From the NCBI GenBank assembly GCA_022072025.1, contig JAJVIP010000011.1, positions 81,200 through 145,199 on the forward strand: a stretch of DNA of 64,000 bases, written 5' to 3'. A program made the translations under genes and the position numbers. Numbering within the stretch: position 1 is the stretch's first letter; each line of letters opens with the position of its first letter. Below the pieces are notes generated by a model. The model did not search any database. It was not told the origin of the DNA and worked only from the letters and a program-made list of their open reading frames with translations. Positions 9,393-21,800 of this stretch are shown piece after piece. Source of the DNA: Elusimicrobiota bacterium. GTDB lineage: Bacteria; Elusimicrobiota; Elusimicrobia; F11.

Positions 9393-10698
9393 CGCTGAGG
9401 ACGTCCTCGGTTATTTCTTCTCCAGTGATTTGTCCCAACTCTTGAAGAGCCGCGCGAATATCGAGGGCCATCGCTTCCTCTGATTCTTTTTGATCCACAG
9501 CCTTCATTGCTTGCAACAGATGCCCTTTGGCTTTTTCCAAATGTTTCGCGTGCCGAAGGTTGGTAATGACCAAGGTTGATTCTGATTCTTTAGAAGAACC
9601 TTGCACTTTGTGCAAGACGGCCAACTTGAGTTGGGATAGCCCTTGACCGTTCTTGGCTGATACCACAACCCCCTCCGGCCACTGGACCTGAAGACCGCAA
9701 TCGGCTTTGTTGAGAACAACCACCGTGTTGCGATCCTTTAAACGGGCCAGCAAATCCTGATCCTCCCGCGTGAGAGGTTGACTGGCGTCCAAAACCAGTA
9801 GAAGGATATCGGCGTGAGCGTGAGCTTGCTCGGCCCGGGCGGTTCCAAGAGATTCCACTTCATCGGTGGTTGACCGCAAACCCGCCGTGTCAACGAGCAC
9901 AATCGGGAATCCCTCCCATTCCATTTTTTCCTCCAAGGTATCTCGTGTCGTCCCTGGGACGCTGGTCACAATCGCTCGATCTTGGGCCAACAAGGCGTTA
10001 AACAACGAAGATTTCCCCACATTGGGTTTACCGGCCAAAGCCACGCGAAGACCCTCACGAAACCATCGGCCTTTGACGCTGGTCGATAGAAGATCTCCCA
10101 AATCTTGCAGGACGCTCGTTAAAGAAGATTTCATTTTGTGTTGATCAATGAGCGGAAGCCCCTCTTCCGAAAAATCGAGGTTGGCCTCCACGTGGGCCAA
10201 CAAATCGATAAGCGGGGACCGAATTTTTTTTATTCGATGGGAAAGCTGGCCTTTCAATTGTTCTGTGGCGACAGCCCTGGCTTTGGTAGATACCGAATGG
10301 ATCAGTTGGGCCACCGCTTCTGCTTGGGCCAAATCCATTTTTCCGTTTAAGAAGGCGCGTTCCGTAAATTCACCGGGTTGAGCCATACGAGCGCCACTCG
10401 ATTCACAGAGTTTGACCACCTCTTTTAGGATGACCGGGCTGCCATGACAAGAAAATTCCAATACATCTTCACCGGTGTACGAATGCGGGGAACGAAAAAC
10501 GGAAGCAATCACTTCATCCACGCCTGCAATCCAACCATGATGGAGGGTGTGGGAAGGGGCTTCAGAAATCTTTTTTTTCGACTGGAAGAGGCGATCTCCA
10601 ATGGAAAAGGCTTGAGAACCGGACAACCGGACAACACCCAGTCCTCCTTCCCCAAGGGGAGTGACAATGGCGACAATGGTGTCGTCAGAGTGATTCAT
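9361..10698 (-). CDS. mnmE: tRNA modification GTPase MnmE (TrmE)
   Basis: N-terminal IVAIVTPLGEGGLGVVRLSG. G-domain GKPNVGKSSLFNALL...DTAGLR...NKAD. C-terminal CIGK. Follows yidC as in the canonical cluster. Confidence 0.95.
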   Translation of the reverse strand: MNHSDDTIVAIVTPLGEGGLGVVRLSGSQAFSIGDRLFQSKKKISEAPSHTLHHGWIAGVDEVIASVFRSPHSYTGEDVLEFSCHGSPVILKEVVKLCESSGARMAQPGEFTERAFLNGKMDLAQAEAVAQLIHSVSTKARAVATEQLKGQLSHRIKKIRSPLIDLLAHVEANLDFSEEGLPLIDQHKMKSSLTSVLQDLGDLLSTSVKGRWFREGLRVALAGKPNVGKSSLFNALLAQDRAIVTSVPGTTRDTLEEKMEWEGFPIVLVDTAGLRSTTDEVESLGTARAEQAHAHADILLLVLDASQPLTREDQDLLARLKDRNTVVVLNKADCGLQVQWPEGVVVSAKNGQGLSQLKLAVLHKVQGSSKESESTLVITNLRHAKHLEKAKGHLLQAMKAVDQKESEEAMALDIRAALQELGQITGEEITEDVLSAIFRQFCIGK

Positions 10699-10707
10699 AA
10701 AAGAAGG

Positions 10708-12303
10708 CTAAGCGGTGGTTTCGGGTGAAGGACTTTTATGAACGCCCAACAATAGTTGCAGAGAAATGGTGGTTAAACTGTTGACACACCAATAGAGGAC
10801 GAGCCCCGCTGGCAACTTATGAAACATAATCGTAAACATGATGGGCATAAACATCATGACCTTCGCTTGCGCCGGATCGGCCACAACCGCGGTCATTTTT
10901 TGTTGAAGGAACATGCCCGCCCCCATAATAATAGGAAGCACAAAATAGGGGTCGTAAACTCCCAAATCTTTGATCCAGAAAATCCATGGCGCCCCGCGCA
11001 ACTCATAGGCGACATTCAAGGTTGAATAAAACGCGAAAAAAACCGGAATTTGAAGCAACATGGGAAAACACCCTTCCATGCCCATAAATTTCATTCCGTT
11101 TTTCTTGTAAAAATTAAAGGTTTCGACCTGTAAACGTTTGGGGTCGCTCTTGTATTGCTCTTGAAGTTTTTTGATGTGCGGTTGAAGCTCCCGCATCTTG
11201 GCAGAATGTTGGAGATTCTTTCGGGTGAGTGGGAAAACAAGCAATTGAATACAAAAGGTCAATAAGATTATCGCCCAACCATAATTCCCTGTTAAAGCGC
11301 GAAAGAAGTTGAGGCTTTTAAGAAGAATTTTTGCGATCACACCAAAAAAACCAAAATCGACGGCTTGATCGAGCCCTTTTCCAAATTTCTTTAGATCGTC
11401 ATAGGATTTGGGCCCTGAATAATAGTGAAACCGCAACTGTCGGGTTTCGCCCGCGCCCAGTTCAATATTTATCGGAACCGCCACCAAAGGAGGATGGATG
11501 CGGTCCGCCACCACCTTAAGCCCCGTTATCAGGCCCTCAACAGGGATTAAGGCCGATAAAAAATGATGATTATCCAATCCGACCCATTGGAACGTATCAT
11601 TGTCGATCAAATCGATATTTCTGGAGAACACAAATCCTGGCTTCCAAGACTTAATCCGCGCCGCCAATCCCAACGCTCTTGTCTCGGCTTGAACCGCACT
11701 TTGATTCTTTTCGTCATAGGCGAGGTTCACATCATGTTTATCGACACCATTCCCCAAAGGAATGAACATTTGGAGCGATTGGCTGTTTTGGGTCGGGTTT
11801 GAAAAAATCAATGAAATACTGTGGAAAGGAGGCGTGGCCAAGAGTTGAATTTCTTTTTTTAAACTCAGTCCATTCGGCAGCAGGCCTATAAAAACGGCGT
11901 GGTTCTCAGAGATTTTTTCTGCTGAAAAATTGACTTCCCGAAACGTTTCCAATGGTGAAAATTGCCGATGTTTTTCCGGCACCACCAGTTCTGTCCAATG
12001 ATTTTTTTCATGGATTTGCCAACTCGCCACTCGAGCCCCTCGACTGAGGATCGATACTTTTGTCTTGTCGGCTTCAAGAATTGTAAGAGTTTCTTTCTCA
12101 ATTGCAGGAGTTCTCGTCTCAGATAGTGAAGGGCGGCTCATAACCGGTGGAGGGGTCGCAGGCTCAAGTGTTGAAGGTGCCGTCCTGGACGCAACCGTCT
12201 TGGTGGGACGAGAGCCGTAACGACTCATGACAAATGTTTCCCAAAACATCAGAAAACCCATCATAAACACGGCAGCTATAATCAGGTTTAAATTTTTATT
12301 CAT
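10708..12303 (-). CDS. yidC: Membrane protein insertase YidC
   Basis: N-terminal TM, periplasmic domain, then a conserved 5-TM core (FMPIMFTIMF, CVNSLTTISLQL). Sits between yidD and mnmE. Confidence 0.93.
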   Translation of the reverse strand: MNKNLNLIIAAVFMMGFLMFWETFVMSRYGSRPTKTVASRTAPSTLEPATPPPVMSRPSLSETRTPAIEKETLTILEADKTKVSILSRGARVASWQIHEKNHWTELVVPEKHRQFSPLETFREVNFSAEKISENHAVFIGLLPNGLSLKKEIQLLATPPFHSISLIFSNPTQNSQSLQMFIPLGNGVDKHDVNLAYDEKNQSAVQAETRALGLAARIKSWKPGFVFSRNIDLIDNDTFQWVGLDNHHFLSALIPVEGLITGLKVVADRIHPPLVAVPINIELGAGETRQLRFHYYSGPKSYDDLKKFGKGLDQAVDFGFFGVIAKILLKSLNFFRALTGNYGWAIILLTFCIQLLVFPLTRKNLQHSAKMRELQPHIKKLQEQYKSDPKRLQVETFNFYKKNGMKFMGMEGCFPMLLQIPVFFAFYSTLNVAYELRGAPWIFWIKDLGVYDPYFVLPIIMGAGMFLQQKMTAVVADPAQAKVMMFMPIMFTIMFHKLPAGLVLYWCVNSLTTISLQLLLGVHKSPSPETTA

Positions 12304-12478
12304 ATGGGTCCAAGCCTCCGTTTCCCCAGGGCGCGCAACGAATCAATCGCTTCAATCCAAAAAACAAACCCCACAGGCCTCGCGCTTTCACGGCCTCCTT
12401 CATGTATTCCGAACAACTCGGGATATATCGGCATCGCCCCCCCAAGTACGGAGAGAGGGCCCATTGATAGAAGGACAC
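12296..12478 (-). CDS. yidD: Membrane protein insertion efficiency factor YidD
   Basis: 60 aa MSFYQWALSPYLGGRCRYIPSCSEYMKEAV... matches the YidD/haemolytic-domain signature (PSCSEY). Overlaps the yidC start by 8 nt. Confidence 0.8.
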   Translation of the reverse strand: MSFYQWALSPYLGGRCRYIPSCSEYMKEAVKARGLWGLFFGLKRLIRCAPWGNGGLDPYE

Positions 12479-12527
12479 AAGTGAACAAAGGTAGCGAGAC
12501 AGGAAAATTCCAGCGGGGTGGAAATTT

Positions 12528-12662
12528 TTAGGCGGAAAGTCGTTTTCGTTTTTTAAATCGACGGCGACTTAAGACCCCTCGCCCGCCAGAAGTCTTCATG
12601 CGAGCGCGAAACCCAATTTTCTTTTTTCTACGACGTTTGTTTGGCTGATACGTTCTTTTCAT
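12528..12662 (-). CDS. rpmH: 50S ribosomal protein L34
   Basis: Manual translation gives [44 protein letters not shown] (44 aa), which is unmistakably L34. Below the ORF-track size cutoff. Confidence 0.9.
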   Translation of the reverse strand: MKRTYQPNKRRRKKKIGFRARMKTSGGRGVLSRRRFKKRKRLSA

Positions 12663-12848
12663 AAGGCGCGGAGTCTAACCTTTTGCATTGTTCAAGTGCA
12701 ATCGTTACGAATTTTTTACCAAACCTTAAGAGAATCTTAAGACCGATTTTTTATACTCATTTCAATAATAAGGAAGAGGTGGCTCTGGCGCCCCCGGTTT
12801 TTCTTCCAGTTTAAGTGTTGTGTCCCTGATGCCACTTCACAAAGCAAT

Positions 12849-15800
12849 GTGGGGGCGTTCGTGTATACTCAACACGCTCGGCGAAAAGTCGGGCTCTTTG
12901 TTTCCTTCATATATTTCATCAGCCAGTGCGCGCTGGCGCATACGATGGAATTGAACCTCCTTAAAAACCGCTCGCATCCGCTCCTCTTTAACCCGCCCCT
13001 ATCTCTTCCCGCATCAATCGGGACCTTCCGCAAGCGAAATGCCGGTCACTCCGGTTTGACTGTCATTCACATCAGCGATATCCACCTAAACCACGAAGCC
13101 CAGGAGAACATCGGAAATATGGTCACGCAATTGATGAAAGCTGGCGAAGTCCGACTGGTGGCATTGGAAGGCGCTTTTGAAACCATTCACATGGATCGTT
13201 TTCGATCTTTTAGCGATCAAGACGCCCTCCGCCGCGCGGCGAAGTATGCGCTCAAAAAGAACCAAATTTCTGGCGCGGTTCATTCTTGTTTAACCTTTGA
13301 TGGAAAGGCGCCTGCATTGGTGGGCATCGATGATGAAATCAGTTACAAAACCAACATGGAGGCCTACCGCCAAGCCCACGCCCTGATTCCCGCAATGAAG
13401 AGTTCACTTAAAGAGGAACGTGCGTATAATAATAAGGAGGCAGAACAGTTATTCGGCCCGGAGTTATTGGCACTCTACAACCAATCCATCGCATACCGAG
13501 CCAACCAGATAAATACGGGAACCTATCTCCGCTTTTTGTCTGACGCTGGAGCAGACCTTGCCCTCGAATTGGAAACCTTTCTGGCTGCCTCAGAGATTGA
13601 ATCCGCACTCGACTTCTCACAAGCGGGCCGCGAGCGGACACTATTTTTTGAACGTCTGGCCGTATCTTTATCAAGGCAAGCCGTCAGGGATTTGGAAAAT
13701 AAGAGTTCCGCTTTTCGCTGGGGACAAATCAACCAAGCTGGTTATTACAGTTATCTAAGGGAATTGAGCAAAAACGTTGGCCTTGATCTGGCTCATTACC
13801 CAGCTTTCGCGGAATACGTTCGTTACATCCTTCTTTCCAACGACATCAACGTGGAGAAACTGTACCGATCTTTGGATGAAACGGAAGACCGTTTGTTCAA
13901 GCAGCTCATCCAAACACCACTTGAGCGAGCGGTGGTGGCCAAATCAAAACGTCTTGCTCTCAGTGAAAAACTTGTGGATTTCTCACTGACACCGGAGGAA
14001 TGGAAGGAATACTGTAGAAGCGAGCCGATGGCCCGTCCGACCTCACGGGAACTGCAACCATTTGAATCGTTCTACCGAGAAGCTGAAAAGCGTGACCGAA
14101 AGATGGCGGAAAACCTCCTAAAGGCAGTACATGGTGCAGGAAATAATCAATCCCATCAGGGGCCAAGTACTGTCGTTCTGGTGACCGGCGGCTTTCACGC
14201 GCGCGGAATTGAAGAGATTTTGACCAAAGCCGGAGCAACTGTGGTTTCTTTCGTCCCGCGGATCACCAAAGTGGAAACCGTGTCCGGCGCGGAAAATTTG
14301 AGTCTGTTCGTTCAAGAAAAGGCTCCGCTGGAAAAACTCTTCGAGGGACAAAAACTTTTCCTCTCCCAAAATCCCGCCAACTTAATTCATCTTATTCCAG
14401 GAATAGCCGCAGTGAAAGCGGTCACCACCCCCGCTGTTCCGGCGCAGCAAGTGGTGGATGGCTTGCTGCCGCAGGGGCATGGCTCGCGCATGACCGCTCG
14501 AAAAAAAGGGAATGAAGTGCTGGTCACTCTCCAATATCGGGGACAAAATGAAACCACGGCCTACCAAGTCGATCCGCAAGGAAACATCCAATCCGATCGC
14601 CGCATACGGCCCAACCCACTCCCCGAACTGCTGGCGTTGACGCTTACGCTTTGGTTGGGAACGTCAGTCTTTATCAACCCAGCCGCCTTTATCCTGCAAC
14701 TCGCATTCACAATCGCGGCAACACGGCTGGTGTGGTTTTCCTCAATATTCGTTCACGGTCTTGGGCATGTGGTGTTCAAATGGTGGGTTGATAAAAATTA
14801 TCGGATGAGCTTGACCGAGGCCGCAGAAGGAATAACTTTAAGCGAATTTTTTCTTGGCCTGCTCCCGTTCGCGCCGATCTTTACGCCATGGTTGTCGAAT
14901 CGGATCAGCGTTGCTCCTGGCGACCCTGACCCCGAAAAGGTTTCCTTTAAAGCGCTGGGCGGGCCGGTATTCAATATTTTTTCGGCAGGCGCCGCCGCGG
15001 GAGCGCTTGTCTTCCTCAGCCGTTTCCCGGGCCATCCCTTCTATCTCTCCGCGCTCTTGTATTTGTTTCTTGTTCTCAACTTTGTTTTTCTGGCTGCTTC
15101 GGTGTCGGACTTTGAATCCTTCGCCACGGGCCTGGCCCCGGATGGGTTTGCCTGCGGGTTTCTGGATTATTTTTCCCCGCTCCGCAAGCTGATCGGCGGC
15201 GAATCCCGGTTCACATACGGTCCGATGTACCGGAACCAGCAACTTGTTCGCCAGCAAAAGGAACAACGACAATATTCAAATGGAAGATGGACCGGCGTTA
15301 TTCAACGCGCGGTCGAACAAATCACCACAACCACCAAAATATTGAGCAACCGCGGCACCCAAGCCTATGGGTTTGAGGTCAAATTGCGCACACCCCAAGG
15401 CGCCGTGGTATTGGCGGGTTTGAAAGACGTGAATCCAAAACGAGCCACGCTTCACCGCCGACTCGCCGAAGACCTCGTGAAAATCCTCAACCGGGCCATC
15501 CTGTCCGGGCTGACCGTATTGGATGATTTTTTTTCCTATTCATCGCACCTGCGATTTGGAACCTCTTCCGCGCCTTCGAAAATTGAAACGCACCCGCACG
15601 CCAGTCCCGAACAATGGGTGGAGAGATATAACTGGTCCGATCCTTCCCGCGCCATCCGTCAAGTTCGTGAGATTTTCCAAATCAGCATAAAACACAACGG
15701 GGACAACGATGGCATCAAAGATATTGAGGAAGTTCTCGAAATGTATCCCTTTTATGTATTCGGGAAAAATTATTCGTTCAAAGAGATACGACGGCAGCTG

Positions 15801-18800
15801 AACAGAATTCTATATAGGGATCCCACCCGCGGTGATTCGCCCGTGATCGCTTCTTTGCTCTCCCTGTTCATCACCCAAGGCCGTTTCGACGCCGCGGCTC
15901 GACTGGCTTACATCCAAATGGCCGATACGTTCCAGAATGCCTTTCAGGACCTCGATAATCCAAGCAAAGTTGATCGAATCGCAAAAACTTGGGGCGCCGC
16001 GTTTGAATCGATCTTTAAAAAACACCAAGAACATATTTTTGAAAGGAGCGAAATCGGTTGGACGCCGAATGTGGCGTATATCAAACAGGTGTTTTTACCG
16101 GCGCTTAAAAATGCGTTGGGCCACAACCGACAAATCGTTGAGGACCCTTATTTAAGGGCCCTTTTCACTCATGAAGAAAACTTTGATGCGTTCATTCAAT
16201 CCACCGTGCATTTGTTTCTCTACAACGACACCTACCGTGGGATCCAGATGATGGTCTCCTCCGCCCAATCCTCAAGCACTTTCGGTCTTTCAGTAAACAA
16301 CACGCTGGAACCAAAAAAGAATTTCTGGCTCGCCAAAGGTCAACCGGCCGCGATGGGCCACAACCCCGCGACCGGCGAAATCATCACCGCCTCCGACCCC
16401 GGAGCGGTCTTGGGGGCGTTAAACGAAAATTCGCGGATCCTCACGTTTAATGACAGTCAAGGTGAAATCGTCGTCTTGGACATGGAAGATCCCTGGTCGC
16501 CTCATATGTCCATTTTTTCCCTCAGCGCCCATCGTGAGCTGACGTCGGAAGAAATCGAATCGCGTTGGGTGAATCTTGAAAAAAATCCTTACATCAAGAT
16601 TCCGGATAAAAACGGCAATGGCACATCCAACCTAAAAAAAGATTTGACCGACTTAAGTGCGGTTTTGGCCAACATCCACGATAGTTTTGACTTGAAGCAC
16701 CGAAACAATCCACGGAAACCTTCAAATCGGCTGTCGGCCGATCGCCTTAAGAAATGGCTGGTTGAAAAGGCCAATAATTTTCATTTCAAAACAGAAGCAA
16801 AAAGCCAAATGGCCGATATTGTTTTTATTGCCGAGGGTTCCACCCACGACGTTCTCTTGAGAAAAGCCCATGATCTGTCCGCGGTATTCCCCGGGCTCAA
16901 TATTCAAGTCATCACGGGGAACGATTACATGCGAGACAGCGAATCCTATTTCAGCGGATCGGGCAAAGATTTTTCCATGGGTAAAAATACTCTTGTTTTC
17001 TGCGCCAGCCAATCCGGGATGACGTTTTCCAACGTGGAGTCGGTCCGAGACGCTGAATATCGAAGGAGGAAGGGCCAATTAATGGACGTCTTTATCATGA
17101 CCGGGGAGTGGTTCTCCGTCATGGGGGACTCGCTGGGCCAGGAATTTTTTCCGGATTCCGAGTTCAGCGGCCGCCTCTTCAGCAACATGAGCGGCCGAAG
17201 GTACTCCGAAGCCGCCACGATGGCCACCGCCACCGACTTTTTTTTCAGCGAATTGTTCTTGGATATTTTTTCCGACATAAGCGATCTGCAGCCCTTCAAT
17301 ATGAAATTGTCAAAAGAAGGAGTGGCACAACTAAAAAAACAGATCATACCGCTCATCAATACCGCCATTCCGGAACTCACCGGGGTTGATGCCAATAAAA
17401 ACTTGGTCCCATCGGACGTTCATCGGCGCCTGTTGGAAAGGGGTTGGTATCTTTCAGACAGCGTGTCGGAGCAGTTGTTCATGATTTCAATGCTGCGAAT
17501 TTATACCTTTGTGTCCGTCACGCTTCATCTCCCCATTTTTAGATTGATGACAATGATCCTGGTCGGGGCGGTGCTCTTGACGACTGGATTGCCATCTTGG
17601 AGTTCCTTGTTCGATGGAACGTTGATGGCTTTTTTGGGGCTTGCGGGGGGAGTTTTATTCCATTTCGCAAACATTTTGGATGCCCTTTTCTACTCTCACC
17701 AGGACATCCTTTTTACCTACCTGATCCGGTTGCTCCAAGGCCGGCCCATTCGCGCGCGGATCGGTCCGCGGTTTTTGGCCATCGGCGGGCCGCACAGTCG
17801 TCTTCTTCGTGAATATTTTAGGGCGTCCGTTTTGGAGGCGCCAGGGGTTCTTCAATTTGCGGGAGTGGACGGAGCGGATTTGGATGGTGATTTCATGCAC
17901 CGATTCAAGGACTCCAACCGCGGAGCCCTGGTGTTTTTCCATATAGACGACTCCGAATCACCTGAACCATCACATCAGTCGGATGCCACCTCCGCAAGAA
18001 TGACTTTCAATCAGACCAACGGCGTTCAAAATTGGGGTGTTGGGCCGGAAATCATCATCAATTCGATTGCCCCGCAAAAGGAGTCCCAGTACGTGGTTCC
18101 ATCTGTCGCGGTGGACAACTCCGAGGGCCAGCCGGTTGGAGGATATTCCAAAAACGACAGCGTTTTTAACGACCTTCATTCCCGGTGGTTCAATGAACTG
18201 AAACTCTTGGTAAGTGGTCAGGTGGTGGCGGCGGAAATGTCGGACAATTTGTCCAAGGCGCGAATGCGGTTTTACGTGCGCCGGTCCGATTCCCCGCTCC
18301 AAATCTTTTTGGAAAATATGGCTCGGCCGGTGTCCGCCGCCTATTCCGCCATCGCCTTGAGAGCGAATGCCATCATGATGAAACGGTTTTTCCGGAGCGG
18401 TCAAGAATCCCGCATTTTTGAGCCCGGAAAAGGGCAAAGCGGCCTCACTGTGTTCACCACCCAAATCATGCCGCCCCACCCCCTGGACAAACAAGCGGCC
18501 GAAAGAGATATTTCCGCCATCGCCGATCATTTGCGCAATTTTGGTTTGAATGAATCGATGCCGTGGGTGCCCGAGTCCGGGCCCATCGCTGTCGCCATGG
18601 CAAGGCTTTATGATCCAATTCTGGCTGTCCACAAAAACACGGGAGGTAACGAGAGAGCGGTGGCAACAAATGCCGCGCCAGCCACCGCTTTGGGGAGCGG
18701 TTATCCTCAGCGAAAATCCAACACAAGACGTTACTCATGGGGGATTTTCGGCGGGAATGGCTCCACGCTCTATTCGGGTTGGATGATTGGATTTATATTG

Positions 18801-21800
18801 GGCGCTGTGGCGCTCTTCGATCAACTCCATATCAGTCACCCTTCAGCCGTGTTAACAACAGCGACGATTCTCTTCGGCGGAGTTTGGTTTCTGATGAGAA
18901 GGCAAACGGGACCGCCTCCGTCTCTCCGGCTCGCTTTCGAAACGCTGGAACGCAGGGATTTTCTTAATGCGCTGCCGCTCACGGAAGCTCCAAAAACCGG
19001 CCCTCCCGAACCGGCTTGGGTTGAAGTCGCCCATAATAATCTTCTCAACATCATCCAAATCAACGCCCAAGAAAAAGTGCTGGTTGATTCCGACTCCAGC
19101 CAAATCAACCAAATCCGCTTGGACTATGTTTTAAACGAACGTCCCGTCGTCAATGTCCTTGATCATTTTGGATTTGATGTCTCAGGAAAAGCGGAATCGT
19201 TTCTTCTCACGCAAAAGGTTGACGGGAGGACGAAACAAATACCCGGTGAGTTTTCAGAATTCGACCCACAGGGAAGACCTCTCATTGGCAAGGCTTTCGA
19301 TGCGGATTCCGGACAAACCTTTGAATTCAGCTTTGAGCACAACTCATTCATTTCAGATTCCATCATCGGATTTGTCTCGGACGCAACCATCACCGATTCT
19401 GCTGGCCACTCTATTGTGTTGGTGATCGATCCAAGCCAGATCGAATATTCAGACGGCGCCCTATCCATCGAAATTGTGCCGACGCCCTTGTCTCGGATGC
19501 CGCCGCTTCCCAAAGTTAGAGAAGTGCGTCCCGTTGTGGACTTGGATTCCTCCCCGTCTAATTCCCCCCCTCCGCCGCAAATTCCCCTCTTTGGCTCCCG
19601 GAACTCCGAGGAGGAAATGGACGAAGAGACAGGATTGCCTCCCGAAGCCGCACTAGCGATCGCGCCCAACTATGAGATTTTGGACCGCTTGCCCCCGGAC
19701 CGCGAACCGGCCGACGTGAAGGCGGATGCGGCTGCACCGGAAGTGGAAAATGAAAGGACAGCAACCATCATCTCTGCCAAAGCGGAAGCCCAAGCTCCCA
19801 ACCTTCCTCGACAGAATGTTGAAGGCCTGATCGCGAGTGGCGATCGCTTTCGCGGCGGTGACGGCGGCTCTGCGATCAATCAAAACTTGACCCCTATTTC
19901 AGATGAATCTTGGGTCCCTTTCGATCCTAGAGCAGCGCTTTTGCTCGGAGCGGGGATTGTTTCGATGGCGGCTTCATCAACGGCATCAAGATTCTCGTTG
20001 GCAAGATTGACGGATTGGCTCGCCAGGCCGAAAGTGGCGCTGAGCCGGGATCATAAAACCCTGACTTTGAAATTCTCGCGCCGGTCAAAAATTGAAGTCT
20101 GGTTCCCTTCCGGAGCGACTGAGCGGGAGGTTCACTTCCGATCGGTTAACGGCAACGGTCCATTTCGGCTGATCGGAGGAGCGATGGAAGTCCACTTGAA
20201 CCGCGCCACTGGGGAACTGAGGTTCCAAAGTCCGCAGGAGAACGGGCCGGTTTTCCTTGTTCCCAATCCAAACGGCGGAGTGGACCGGCATACATCGTTG
20301 GTTTTACCTCTCAATGAAAAATATCAACTGCCGGCGAGCCTACCCACTGATACCGCCGACTGGTCGGCGGCGCGGAAAATATTGCGCGTTCTGTTTATCT
20401 CGATCGCCTTCCTATGCCTGGGCGCGGCCCTCACCCTATGGGTGGGGCCGAGCCTTGCGCGCCTTGACGCCGAAAGTCTTCTCCATTGGACCGCGAAAAA
20501 GATGGCGTGGGCGCAGCAACACAAAATTGAGCTGACCAATTGGACGGGACTGATTGGTTCTACGCTTCTTATCTTTTGGATATTTCGCGACAAATCACCG
20601 CTTTCTACCCACGAGTCCTGGCGCAAAAACTTAAAGACATGGTTTTACCGTGGTTTGTTTTTGGCGACTCTCATCGGCATCAATCTATTGCCCATCCAAT
20701 GGTGGGTGCCGGCGTATTTGACCGCCGCGGGTTTCGGATTGTTTTACGGCTCGGTTGCATTCGCTTATTTCATCTTTGTGCCGTTCGCTTGGGCGTTGCG
20801 CCTGATCAGTCTTCTGTTCCGTTGGCACCCCGCTTTTTCCGCGAAGGCGTCCCTCTATAAAGATCTAAAAGCCGTCCTCGGAATGAGTTTGGTTATCGGT
20901 TTGGCCGCTGTCGGTTGGCGTTCGAGGGAGCGTTTGCTTCCGGAAAAACCCGAAGCGCGTTTGGAGCGGATGATGAAAGATTTTTCTCACACGCCGTGGC
21001 CCAAGACGGTGAGCAAAAGCGGCACGCCGTTCAACCAAAATACGTCCCTGAACCAAGACGAGGTCCCGGTGAAAAATTTTAAAACGCAATTTTCTCGTGA
21101 TTTCGCAGTGAACCCGGTGCGGTTTCAATCCGGGCCGACGTCGAGTCTCGTGGTCCTGCGCGCGCAAAAACAAGGTGTTCGGGAAGTGCATCCCAACGCT
21201 TCTTTTTCAAAGATGGAATGGGTTGATCCCCTCAATGAAATCCCCTTGATGGGTCAAGAACCGATGCTCAGGCTCATACGGCCGGTGTTGGAGAAAAAGG
21301 CCAGTGACCTGTCCAAAGAAATCAATTACCGAAAACAGGTGTTGGAACATTTCGATGAAGCGGGGTTGTTTGATGGCAATTTCATAAAGGCGGCGACCAA
21401 GCTGACCAGTTGGGCGGAAATTATTTCATTGGAATTGGAACATTTTCAGCTCGCGCAGGAAGTGGACGTTTACGGCCACGTGTTGACGCCATTCAAAGAA
21501 GGAGAAACGGGCCGCGCCATCGCCAGCCAAAGAATGTTGGGAACGATGTCATCCTCCCCAATGAATACGCCCCAGGACAAATTGAGTGAAATCGATTCCC
21601 CAAGCGATATCCGGGGCGAAAACGGACAGGAGCTGTTTCAAAGCGACCGGCGGCTGACCCTGCAAGTGGTCCTGTCGATGCGGGATTGGATTATGTTTGA
21701 CACCCACCGAATTAAGGCCTCGTTAACAATGCGAGATGGCCACACGCACCAAGCCTCTGTGAAGGCTTGTGATTTTGAACATCGCCTTGACGACACAACC

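Noticed and set aside
12300-12531. Alternative-frame ORFs 12300-12488 (minus) and 12304-12531 (plus) as a possible degenerate rnpA
   Set aside because: Their translations are not basic RnpA-like sequences. They are frame-shadows of yidD.
12663-12848. rpmH-giant-gene spacer as the replication origin
   Set aside because: It is AT-rich, but it contains no convincing TTATCCACA-like boxes, whereas the dnaA-dnaN spacer does.
13040-13070. Assigning the giant protein's N-terminal domain to the calcineurin-like metallophosphoesterase family
   Set aside because: Only the first motif (ISDIH) is recognisable. The GDxxDRG and GNHE motifs are not seen, so the assignment is left as speculative.
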